From a virus (Duplodnaviria > Caudoviricetes), in IMG/VR virus record IMGVR_UViG_3300023184_000002, positions 1 to 60,292 of that record: a DNA stretch of 60,292 nt, one strand, 5' to 3'. This document shows positions 38,168 through 46,850 of the stretch, in pieces. Position 1 is the first letter of the stretch, and every line of letters begins with the position of its first letter. The notes beneath the pieces were generated by a model, which saw only the letters and a program-made list of their open reading frames with translations, did no database searches and was not told where the DNA came from. Position numbers and translations under genes: made by a program.

Positions 38168-39352
38168 TTAATACTCTACCACCTTAATTCCCTTGGGAAC
38201 AAGGGGACTAATGTCATCAAAACTATCTGATGGAATGTAAATAGATTCAACATCACTCAACTTAACACCATCATGAATCTGGGCTTCAAAATAAGAACCT
38301 TCATTGAGATACCCAATTTCATAAGTATCATTATTCCAACCCTCATCTTTAGCAATGTTGTACAAAATCCTGTCAGATGCTCGCCAAGCATCAAAAGGAG
38401 TTATTTCTTTTTGAGTCATAGAAATAGGTACGCAACCAGTTGACAACGAATCCCCAACCGACATAGTTGTCCGAGATTTAACATTATCTTTAAACACAAC
38501 CCGAATAGCCCCATACTGCTCAGGTCCATTAATCAAAATGCTTTCATGAAAATCATCTTCAGCCACATAGCCATAAATAGGTCTTTTAGAAACAGGCTCC
38601 GACAAAGGCATACTTTGAGAACGCAACTCACCAGCGATACGACCAATTTTGCTGTACGCACCATTGCTTGTACCTGTTTCAAATTGTGTTTTAAACCTTG
38701 GGTCATCACTTTTCAATAATGTAATAAATGACTTTTCATCCATAGCCTGACAAACTTTTCCATGTTCTTGCAAAGATTTTAAATCATCAGCAATAAGACT
38801 TTGATAATCCAACTCAGAAGAATCAAAACTAGCAAAAAGGGCTTGTTTAACAACTTCATCAGATACCCTACGAAGCAATGCTTCATACATCACAATTGGA
38901 TAATCTTTTCCAGTTACAAAACTAGGATTGATAACTCCTTTAAAAGTGTTATCAAAAACTCCACCAGTTTTGAGAAAAACAGCATCACGAGGATAAGCAT
39001 CTTTAACTTGCTGTTGCAACTCTTTTCCAAGAGCAGACCTAGCAAAAGTATCACCATGAAGAATTTTAACTAAAAAATCTTCTGAACGACTACCACCAAA
39101 ACCACCTGCACCGCTATCTATTTTGTCAGCATAAGTTTTAGCCAATTTTTTAACAGCATTTTTAAAAGTTGTTGTTTCGGCAAAATCGTTAACTGAACCA
39201 TGTGCCCAATTGCCGTGCGTGGATTGGTCATGCTGACCCAAATAATGTTTTAATAAAAGGGAACGCCCAAGAATTTGTTCTGCTCGTAAACGATGACGCA
39301 AAGCCTCAGCACTATCAACTTCAGACAAGAAAGAATCAGTAAACCTATCCAT
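38168..39352 (-). CDS. Tagged protein B: DUF3626-like, probable ADP-ribosyltransferase fold
   Basis: KHYLGQHDQSTHGNW tag; RFKTQFETGTS, RPIYGY, QYG, RTTMSVGDS, YFEAQIHDGV. Confidence 0.7.
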   Translation of the reverse strand: MDRFTDSFLSEVDSAEALRHRLRAEQILGRSLLLKHYLGQHDQSTHGNWAHGSVNDFAETTTFKNAVKKLAKTYADKIDSGAGGFGGSRSEDFLVKILHGDTFARSALGKELQQQVKDAYPRDAVFLKTGGVFDNTFKGVINPSFVTGKDYPIVMYEALLRRVSDEVVKQALFASFDSSELDYQSLIADDLKSLQEHGKVCQAMDEKSFITLLKSDDPRFKTQFETGTSNGAYSKIGRIAGELRSQSMPLSEPVSKRPIYGYVAEDDFHESILINGPEQYGAIRVVFKDNVKSRTTMSVGDSLSTGCVPISMTQKEITPFDAWRASDRILYNIAKDEGWNNDTYEIGYLNEGSYFEAQIHDGVKLSDVESIYIPSDSFDDISPLVPKGIKVVEY

Positions 39353-42314
39353 TTTCCTGTCCCGTCACTAAAAGGTCTAACACAATCCTAGTTTTATCCA
39401 ACCTTTTTGCTCCCATAACCACAAAAGTAGTATTCGGGGCAATAACGAACTCACCTTCTTCATCATTACCCATCGTTGCACCATGAGTACCTGCTGGCAT
39501 GTGAATGTTTGAAAAAACTGTTGCAGATGCTTTAAAAGAATCATTAACACTTTGATGCACGCTATTAGGAGCAGAAGTTGATGTAAAACCTTTTGCTTCA
39601 AAAGTTTTTCCAACCAACCCATTAATGTCTTCCTCAGACATTGTAGAAACTTGTTGTCTAAAAAGGCTTGCCCCTGAACTCCACCTAGTAACCGTCAAAT
39701 CTTGTGTTGTTTCTGTTTCATACAAAGCATTTTTCAAAGAATCAATTTGAGCAATTCCTTGTTCTTTAGGAATTTGTTCATTGTAAATAATTCTAACTGT
39801 GTCATCAATGTTGCCACTACGAAGGTAATCATTCATCCATGAGTACCCAAAGCCAACATAATTATTTCTAGCATCCATTGTTGTTGAATCAAGTCTTGAA
39901 AGGTCTAAGGCTGGAAGGTCATTCAACGAAGCAGATTTAAAACTTTCAGCACCTGCCCAATTGCCGTGCGTAGATTGGTCATGTTGACCTTGCAAGTGTT
40001 TAGACACTGCATCAGGGTTTTGAACAATTAAAGCACCAGCATTTAAAACAACCATTTCTCGGTCAGGCAAACTTCTATCGGCTGGGTCATAAAGCATTGG
40101 ACTGTCATTAATTGCGTCATAGCCCATTGCCAAAGCCATAAGATTTCTAGTTGTTAATTTATCAGTAAAAAACCAACTTGTTGAAAAATCTGTTAAAGCC
40201 GTATGACGAAGTAAACTAATTTGAGATTCTAGTAATCCACTATTTGCCAATACCCAGTTTGCTTCAGAAGAAGGAATAGTTAAAATTTTTGCATTAGGTT
40301 TAAAAGCCATTTTAACTATTTGTTTTTCATCACCTTTATAACCCCAAATTTCAGCCTCTTTTTTCGTATGCGCACCATAAAGACCAATTCCATTTCTACC
40401 CATAGAAATGTAAGGCAATTTTGAAGCCATAAATTGTTTGATTTTATCTTTAGCAGATAATCTAATGTTGTCTGAAGTTTCCAAATCAAAAGCAGAACCT
40501 TGCTGAAAAGTTCGCCAAAATTCCATACCCTGTGAAGTATCACCAAAAGTAGGTTTACCAGTTTTGCCTGTGGCTTTTAAAACATCTTGCAAAGTTTTAC
40601 GCCAAACATCAAGGCTGTCGTATGGTTTATTTGCGTTAATTATTGACGCAAGTTGCTGAATGCTAATTTCATTTGACCCATCACCATCAGCCCAGTTGCC
40701 ATGCGAACTTTGGTCATGTTGCCCTGCGAGATGTTTAACAACACCAGCCCAACCCTCGGCATCTCTTGTCAAAGAAAAAGAATGCTCAATTTTAATTCCA
40801 TTTGGAGCATAACTTCGAGCCAAATTAAGCATTGCCGTGGCAACTCCTTGGCGTTGAAATTTTGGCTCAACAAAAACATTTTCAATTGAAGCATCTGGAA
40901 AGTTTGTATTATGAGAAGCGTTTAAATAACCTATTTGTCTTTTTCCACCAGAAAAAGCAACATAAGCCTGAGTTTCCATGTCAATACCGCCATCGGAAGA
41001 CCGAAAATAATTATCTTGCATTAAATAAATTGTTTGTCCAGATGGGCTGGAGTATTCTGCTGTTACTGAATTTATGAAATCATTTGTTTCATTTTTATTT
41101 GGAAGAATAACTTTTACATTTGAAATTCTTTGTTGTATTTCCTGTTCTTTAGGGGAACGGTCATTACTGTGTGCCCAATCGCCGTGTGAACTCTGGTCAT
41201 GCTGACCTGCAAGATGTTTTTGAACTAAATTTTCTTGAATAAACGGACGGTCATTAAACAACCAATAAAACTTGTTGCCCAAATCTTGACTTTTAGATTT
41301 AGCAATTTCATCTGAAACAACATGAGGTTCAATCATTTTGACTTCAACCACGGTAAATTCTTTGTCTGGTTGTTTAGCCCATAAAGTTACATTGTAATCG
41401 CCCCATCTGTCTTGCCCAGCACCTCGGTCAAATACAAATTTAACATCAGGTGATTCAAATGAACTCAAATCACCCGAAACCAAACTTTCATAAAATGTTT
41501 TTGCTTTTGCTTGGTATTGTTCTTTAGGAACACCTTCAATAACATTTGCACCATAATCCCACATTTGATACCAAGTTTCATCAACATTTCCATTTGCATC
41601 AACATGCTGACGCATTCTTGCACCTGCTGGAAATCTAGCCCAAAAAGGATGTTTAACTTTAGTTACACCAACAACTTCAAATTTTCCACTTGTAATAACT
41701 TCAGCATCTTGTTGAAACATTGCATCTTTAAATGCCCAGCCTTTAGCACCAGCCTGAATTTTTATTAAAACTGAATTATTTCCATTACCCCTACCAGTTG
41801 CATACCACTCGGCCGCACCTTGAGAACGAGTAGTAGATACTAAAGGCATGTCAATAACATCGCCAGCCTCAAGTTGAGTAAAATCTTGTTTTAACCCAGT
41901 TGTATCATCAGATTGTAAACCACGCCACAAAACAGGTTGGGGCTTACTATTTGCAATAGCCTTTAATAGTCCTTTAACTTCATTACGATTAGGGGCACCC
42001 CAACCACGCTCAAGCATGTATTCCAAATAACCACCTTTGTCGTAAGGAGTTTCTGGAACGGGCAAACCTAAAATTTGACATGCGTATTTGCGAAATAATT
42101 CAACAAATTGAGTTCCATCAGGGCCATGTTCCCAAGCGTATTGTGCCCTAGCAGTAAACCCACCACCATTGCGAGGACTAGGAGGAATTGGGTCTAAAGG
42201 ATTCCACGCACTTATTTCATGTGTAATGTTATCAGCCCAAGAACCATGAGTTGATTGGTCATGCTGACCAGCAAGGTGTTTATTTACGGGAACTACAACA
42301 TAAACAGATTTCAT
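39345..42314 (-). CDS. Tagged polyprotein A: ART, GNAT, ART-like and VIP2-type ART modules
   Basis: 4 tags; LWRG/VSTT/QDAEVI; VEPKFQRQGVATAML; GIGLY...GYDAI...VVLN; VTR/FTSTS/EGEFVI. Confidence 0.85.
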   Translation of the reverse strand: MKSVYVVVPVNKHLAGQHDQSTHGSWADNITHEISAWNPLDPIPPSPRNGGGFTARAQYAWEHGPDGTQFVELFRKYACQILGLPVPETPYDKGGYLEYMLERGWGAPNRNEVKGLLKAIANSKPQPVLWRGLQSDDTTGLKQDFTQLEAGDVIDMPLVSTTRSQGAAEWYATGRGNGNNSVLIKIQAGAKGWAFKDAMFQQDAEVITSGKFEVVGVTKVKHPFWARFPAGARMRQHVDANGNVDETWYQMWDYGANVIEGVPKEQYQAKAKTFYESLVSGDLSSFESPDVKFVFDRGAGQDRWGDYNVTLWAKQPDKEFTVVEVKMIEPHVVSDEIAKSKSQDLGNKFYWLFNDRPFIQENLVQKHLAGQHDQSSHGDWAHSNDRSPKEQEIQQRISNVKVILPNKNETNDFINSVTAEYSSPSGQTIYLMQDNYFRSSDGGIDMETQAYVAFSGGKRQIGYLNASHNTNFPDASIENVFVEPKFQRQGVATAMLNLARSYAPNGIKIEHSFSLTRDAEGWAGVVKHLAGQHDQSSHGNWADGDGSNEISIQQLASIINANKPYDSLDVWRKTLQDVLKATGKTGKPTFGDTSQGMEFWRTFQQGSAFDLETSDNIRLSAKDKIKQFMASKLPYISMGRNGIGLYGAHTKKEAEIWGYKGDEKQIVKMAFKPNAKILTIPSSEANWVLANSGLLESQISLLRHTALTDFSTSWFFTDKLTTRNLMALAMGYDAINDSPMLYDPADRSLPDREMVVLNAGALIVQNPDAVSKHLQGQHDQSTHGNWAGAESFKSASLNDLPALDLSRLDSTTMDARNNYVGFGYSWMNDYLRSGNIDDTVRIIYNEQIPKEQGIAQIDSLKNALYETETTQDLTVTRWSSGASLFRQQVSTMSEEDINGLVGKTFEAKGFTSTSAPNSVHQSVNDSFKASATVFSNIHMPAGTHGATMGNDEEGEFVIAPNTTFVVMGAKRLDKTRIVLDLLVTGQENG

Positions 42315-43318
42315 GCCTGTTCCCCCGAATACCTCATTTGACCAGTTTTAATCCACTCAGCATCATTCAAACCACGGTCAGGAGGCACCAGAAACGCTGT
42401 ACAGCGACAATGAGGATGAGCAGGTGGCATAAGTAGCCCATTGTCAAAAGCCATGTCCCAACGCACCTGAACTCCATTTAAAGGGGCACATTTATCGCAA
42501 GGGGGTCCACCTAAATTGTTTTTGTAAACTGTTTGCCATTGCTTCATTGAATCACCAGCAACCCAACCACCATCAACAGCCTGTTGCCAAGCCAATTGAC
42601 GACCCATGTTTTGAGCAATTTGAATTTCGGTACGGGCAATCATTGTGGCACGGGCACGAATCAATTTTTGACGGTACCTATCAGTCAATAAATCAGTTTT
42701 TTCAATTGCTTTTTCGTGTTTCAAACCTTGTTTTAACAAATTTTTGTAAGTGCGGTCATAAAATTTGTCAACTGCCTGTGCCCAACGAGGATGCAAGCCA
42801 ATAACTTGACGCAATTTTTTAGCCGTGTAAGGGACGGAAATTTCTTTACTAAAAGAATCGCTAATAATCTGACGAATTGCCAAACGCATTGAATCGTTAA
42901 TGGCTGTAACTAAACGCCCAGCCTGACGCTCTGCATACAAATCCGCTACAGGATTATGGATGTTAAAATTGAACTCACCATTGGTTCTACCCGTTAAAGT
43001 TTGTTCATTACCCCAATCGGATGTTGCTTGAATAATTGGCTGTATTTCTTGACCAGCAATAACACCAGCATGATTAATAACAGCCGTAATTGATTCTCTA
43101 ATAATCTGTTGAATTGCGTCAACATTAATTGTTAATAACGCTTGCTCCAGCAAATCGGGTTGCAGATTAATAATTGCTGAAGCCAACGCATCAGCATCAG
43201 CAACTCGCCCAGCCCGATACAAAGCATTACGGATAATGTTGTATAACTGCTCTTCAGTTACATTAAAAACTGGAGGTGCAGGTACCGAAGATTTGGCTTT
43301 CCTGACTAATGGCATCAA
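42311..43318 (-). CDS. MuF / SPP1 gp7-like minor head protein
   Basis: RATMIARTE, KQW, CDKCAPLNG, PPAHPHCRC; directly after the portal. Confidence 0.9.
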   Translation of the reverse strand: MMPLVRKAKSSVPAPPVFNVTEEQLYNIIRNALYRAGRVADADALASAIINLQPDLLEQALLTINVDAIQQIIRESITAVINHAGVIAGQEIQPIIQATSDWGNEQTLTGRTNGEFNFNIHNPVADLYAERQAGRLVTAINDSMRLAIRQIISDSFSKEISVPYTAKKLRQVIGLHPRWAQAVDKFYDRTYKNLLKQGLKHEKAIEKTDLLTDRYRQKLIRARATMIARTEIQIAQNMGRQLAWQQAVDGGWVAGDSMKQWQTVYKNNLGGPPCDKCAPLNGVQVRWDMAFDNGLLMPPAHPHCRCTAFLVPPDRGLNDAEWIKTGQMRYSGEQA

Positions 43319-43323
43319 AACCC

Positions 43324-44817
43324 CTAGAAAGCATTATCGGATTGTCCAGCATCCTGTTTGCTAGGTGCAGGTTTTTTAGCATTTGGTTTTTGTGCAGGAG
43401 GTTGAACTGGTTTGCCTTGTTGAGGCTGTTGTTTACCAGCAGGAACTGGCAATCCTGTAGCAGGGTCAATTGCAGGAACCACAGGTAATCCTGTAGCAGG
43501 GTCAATTGCGCCCGTAGTATCACCATTATGTTCAGCAGGTGGAAGTGAACCCAATTCACGCAAATAATCTTCAAGATTCGGGTCAGAAACAATAATTCCA
43601 GCATTAGCCAACTTGGTCACATAATCTGCAACTTCAGTCAAATCAACATGAGCAATGTCACCATAATTCAACTTAGGAAGACGAGAAGTATCCATTCCAT
43701 TGAAACGCATCAAACGGCTAATAGCATGCTGGTTAATAACTTCAGCAATGGATTTAGCAATAGCGTCAACTGCCATAGACCACAAATCCATTTTTGCGGT
43801 ACCCAAAGCAAATGACCCAACATTGTCATGACCCAACAAAATAAAGTCCGACAAAACAGACATAGCAATTCGTTGGTCATAGCGAGAAATAATTTTGTCC
43901 GTATCGAACTGACGGGAACCACCAGCCGACAAAAGGGTCAAATCAAACAGTTTTTTACCAGATTCGTCATACTGGGCAGGAAAAACTACACCTTCTTGTT
44001 CATTGCGTTTAATGTTTTGAACAATTTCAACAATGCTATTTAGTACCGCTTTTTGTGCATCTGTAGCCGTAGATGAAAGGAACTCAGGTGGAACATAAGC
44101 GACAGGAAGACCAGCCAAATCACGCTCAATACCAATTGCTTCAATTTCTTCCATACGCTTTTTAAAGAAATAAGGACGGTAAGCGTTCCGAAGCATGGAA
44201 CGACCTTCAGGATTATTTTTTTGGTTTGTGGTACGGAAAAGTAATGCTTTTTCAATTGGGACATAATGGGTTCCACCGCCTGAAGGGTCATTTTGAATCA
44301 TGCAGTTAACACCGCCATCGTCATCAAATTCCCAACGCATTAAAGAATCTTGACTACGGATAGCAAATTTACGCCAACCAATTTTGCCGTCCGTGTATTG
44401 TGAACGCTTTGTTGGGTCATTTTCGTCAGGTCCAACTCGGCGTTTGTAAACAATTTCGTGGTATGACCAACCAAAAGTAAGCATTGAAAGAATACTTGCT
44501 AAAGTTGCGTCCCAAGAATCAGACATGTCAAAAAGGCAAGATTCAATAAAATCTGCAACTTCAACATCTTTTTCTTTAGGTTGACCTTCAGCATTTGGCT
44601 CAATGTAAGGGTCAACTCGCCATTCAAGGCGAACAATAACTTTTTCAATCGCGTAAAGAATAGAACCAATAACAGGGTCATTGTCAGCCATTTCACGGTA
44701 AGCACGGATACCGTTTTTGTTTCGTAACGCTGTAATGAACTCTTCAAAGACTGTGCCACCAGCACGATGAAGCCCTGTGGAGCCTAACTCAGAAAAATCT
44801 GGTTTTGGTGTAGCCAT
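43324..44817 (-). CDS. Portal protein (DUF935-like)
   Basis: YREM..NDP, LTFGWSYHEIVY, NNPEGRSMLR, IGIERDLAGLP, GSFALG; start MATPKP. Confidence 0.9.
   Translation of the reverse strand: MATPKPDFSELGSTGLHRAGGTVFEEFITALRNKNGIRAYREMADNDPVIGSILYAIEKVIVRLEWRVDPYIEPNAEGQPKEKDVEVADFIESCLFDMSDSWDATLASILSMLTFGWSYHEIVYKRRVGPDENDPTKRSQYTDGKIGWRKFAIRSQDSLMRWEFDDDGGVNCMIQNDPSGGGTHYVPIEKALLFRTTNQKNNPEGRSMLRNAYRPYFFKKRMEEIEAIGIERDLAGLPVAYVPPEFLSSTATDAQKAVLNSIVEIVQNIKRNEQEGVVFPAQYDESGKKLFDLTLLSAGGSRQFDTDKIISRYDQRIAMSVLSDFILLGHDNVGSFALGTAKMDLWSMAVDAIAKSIAEVINQHAISRLMRFNGMDTSRLPKLNYGDIAHVDLTEVADYVTKLANAGIIVSDPNLEDYLRELGSLPPAEHNGDTTGAIDPATGLPVVPAIDPATGLPVPAGKQQPQQGKPVQPPAQKPNAKKPAPSKQDAGQSDNAF
43445..43510 (-). 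repeat. Tandem coding repeat AIDPATGLPV x2 in the portal C-terminal tail
   Basis: aatcctgtagcagggtcaattgc occurs twice, 36 nt apart. Confidence 0.8.
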
Positions 44818-44889
44818 GTTCACATCCTTACAAAAAAATAAACCTTCTTGCATAATACATTGCAAAAAGCACTATCTTGAGGTGGCTCG

Positions 44890-45525
44890 CTACTTAATGT
44901 AAAGCCATGCTTCAAAATTTAATGATTTCCAAATCAACTCACCTTGCTCAAATCCAGCATCTTTAGCCATTTGTTGATTCTTTGCAGATGTGTTAGGTCG
45001 CATTAGTTTACGCAAATCTGCGTCTTTATCCAAAATTTCCATTGCATCAAAATAAGGTCTTTTATGTTGGTGCAAAGTAGATGTCAGCATTTCTTGAATT
45101 TTGCCTGATTCTGCATAAACTTTTTCAGCCCAAATAAAAGCCCCATTTGGTCGTAGCCCGTCATAAATTCTGTTTAACAATTCTTGGCGTTTAGTACTGT
45201 CAATGAACTGCAAAGTAAAAATTGAGGTAATTAGTGAACAATCTTCAAACCCAAAATACTCGGTTATGTCGTAACTAAAATACTCAACAGGGGTTGGGTT
45301 GAATCTTGGTAGCAAATTTCTTGATTTATCAATCCCAATTTTGACACCATCGTGCCGAACCGTTTCTAGCAATTTGCCTGTACTGCAACCAATGTCAATA
45401 AAAGTTGTATCAGGTAATAAAAAGAAATCACTCAAAGTTACTACCGTGTCAAACAAAGCATCGTAAGCAGGAATTGAACTCGCTATGTGGTCATCAAAAT
45501 TATTGACCGTATCAAAAGAAAACAT
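44890..45525 (-). CDS. CmoA-like carboxy-SAM synthase / class I SAM methyltransferase
   Basis: FSFD...FDDHIASSIPAY, DIGCSTG, SIFTLQF, AEK, WKSLNF parallel the CmoA motifs. Confidence 0.8.
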   Translation of the reverse strand: MFSFDTVNNFDDHIASSIPAYDALFDTVVTLSDFFLLPDTTFIDIGCSTGKLLETVRHDGVKIGIDKSRNLLPRFNPTPVEYFSYDITEYFGFEDCSLITSIFTLQFIDSTKRQELLNRIYDGLRPNGAFIWAEKVYAESGKIQEMLTSTLHQHKRPYFDAMEILDKDADLRKLMRPNTSAKNQQMAKDAGFEQGELIWKSLNFEAWLYIK

Positions 45526-46507
45526 TTAACCCTTTACCTATTGCTTCAACAACTGGGATTGTTATTGTTCTGCCCAATCGTTCGTATCTGACATTATCGG
45601 AAACCAATGAACCGTCTTCGTAATACTTAGTGAACTCATCTGGTAAACCCTGTAACCGTTCACATTCCAACGGGGTAAGCCTACGAATGACTACAGTTTT
45701 GCCGTCATCAATAGCAACTCCATGCCTATCCTGAGCCGTTAAAGTAAACGCTGGTTCATTATGTTCCTTGAACCTGCGACCATTTTGACGCTTCTCGGCA
45801 CGGTTAACTGTCAGCACAGGTTTAACGGTAACAAACGGAACATTGCCACCACCTGTTCCCATTTGGGCTAAAAGAGTTGGGGCTGTTGCTCCAAAGTATC
45901 GAAATCCGTTATCTCTTCTACTCCATTGGGCAATTCCGTTTTCTGATTCAACTTCGACAACATTTGTTGAACCTGTTCTTCCGATAGGAAATACTTTGGG
46001 TCGGGGTTTTCCTCTAAGATTTGCGACAAGGAAAATGCGTTCTCTGTGTTGTGGGACTCCAAAATTTTGGCTGTCAAGCAATTCCCATTGGCAGTCATAC
46101 CCCATCTCATCCAAGACTCCGAGGATAACTGCGAAAGTTGTTCCATTGTCGTGGTTGAGGAGTCCTTTAACATTCTCAAAAACGATGTACGGTATTCGCT
46201 TATCTCTGGCAAGTCTGAACATTTCAAAAGCCAAAGTACCTCTTGTGTCTTCCAAAGAGAATCCAGTTCGCTTTCCTGCAACTGAAAAAGTTGCACAAGG
46301 AAATCCTCCAACGATGAGGTCGGCTTCAGGGAGGTCGCTGGCGGAAATAGTCCGAACATCTCGTCCATCTGGTTGTTCTCCGAATTGTCGTTCATAAATC
46401 CTCCGTGGTGCTTTTTCCCATTCGTTTGCCCAAACACAGGTATGACCAGTGCGTTCCAGACCTAGCCGAAACGCACCGATACCTGCAAAAAGTTCAATAA
46501 ATTTCAT
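45512..46507 (-). CDS. C5-cytosine DNA methyltransferase family (candidate carboxymethyltransferase)
   Basis: ELFAGIG, GFPC, ENV, QHRERIF, RRLTPLECERLQG; motif X reads LGRTITIPVV. Confidence 0.92.
   Translation of the reverse strand: MKFIELFAGIGAFRLGLERTGHTCVWANEWEKAPRRIYERQFGEQPDGRDVRTISASDLPEADLIVGGFPCATFSVAGKRTGFSLEDTRGTLAFEMFRLARDKRIPYIVFENVKGLLNHDNGTTFAVILGVLDEMGYDCQWELLDSQNFGVPQHRERIFLVANLRGKPRPKVFPIGRTGSTNVVEVESENGIAQWSRRDNGFRYFGATAPTLLAQMGTGGGNVPFVTVKPVLTVNRAEKRQNGRRFKEHNEPAFTLTAQDRHGVAIDDGKTVVIRRLTPLECERLQGLPDEFTKYYEDGSLVSDNVRYERLGRTITIPVVEAIGKGLNVFF
45868..46437 (-). CDS. Out-of-frame nested ORF, EcoHK31I beta-polypeptide-like
   Basis: 189 codons open in an alternative frame; WGM...GNCLT....ESHN...SLSQILEENPDPKYFLS. 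Confidence 0.55.
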   Translation of the reverse strand: MFGQTNGKKHHGGFMNDNSENNQMDEMFGLFPPATSLKPTSSLEDFLVQLFQLQESELDSLWKTQEVLWLLKCSDLPEISEYRTSFLRMLKDSSTTTMEQLSQLSSESWMRWGMTANGNCLTAKILESHNTENAFSLSQILEENPDPKYFLSEEQVQQMLSKLNQKTELPNGVEEITDFDTLEQQPQLF

Positions 46508-46683
46508 TGACCAATTTGTTCAATTTTTGTTGCTTGAACTGGTGGCGACCATGTTGACCAAGCATCAGAACGAAACGCAATTCGCCCAATGTCGGTGCCC
46601 CAAGTTGTTACAAGGATTTGTGAACCGTCAACCATGTCAAAAATGTAGTTCCGTCCAACTGCTGTTTCTTCTTGTTCGCTCAT
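46504..46683 (-). CDS. Hypothetical 59-aa protein (MSEQEETAVGRNYIFDM...)
   Basis: Translated by hand; ATGA overlaps at both ends. Confidence 0.55.
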   Translation of the reverse strand: MSEQEETAVGRNYIFDMVDGSQILVTTWGTDIGRIAFRSDAWSTWSPPVQATKIEQIGQ

Positions 46684-46850
46684 GCCGTTACAAGCCCTTC
46701 ATCAATAAGTGCTTGTGCGGTGCGTCCGTAATGTCCTTGAAGTGACCATGCTTTACCAGTGTTAACAAGTTCTTGAAAGAAATCAATAACTTCCTGCCCA
46801 AACAATTCGCCTTGTTCATACGCAATAATTTGATTAATAAGTTTTTCCAT
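46680..46850 (-). CDS. Small 56-aa phage protein (MEKLINQIIAYEQGEL...AWSLQGHYGRTA)
   Basis: Translated by hand; TAATG coupling to an upstream short ORF; familiar phage motif. Confidence 0.65.
   Translation of the reverse strand: MEKLINQIIAYEQGELFGQEVIDFFQELVNTGKAWSLQGHYGRTAQALIDEGLVTA

Noticed and set aside
29715-42285. Tag repeats as a CRISPR array or diversity-generating retroelement
   Set aside because: Copies are degenerate at synonymous sites, in frame and hundreds of bp to kb apart; no cas or reverse transcriptase gene seen
28760-42314. Tags as intein or self-splicing junctions
   Set aside because: No Hint-domain motifs (N-terminal Cys/Ser block, HN-[CST]) and the motif is far too short
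44890-45525. CmoA-like gene as a tRNA-modification auxiliary gene
   Set aside because: No CmoB or tRNA genes seen; overlap with a DNA MTase carrying the basic motif-X residue favours a DNA role
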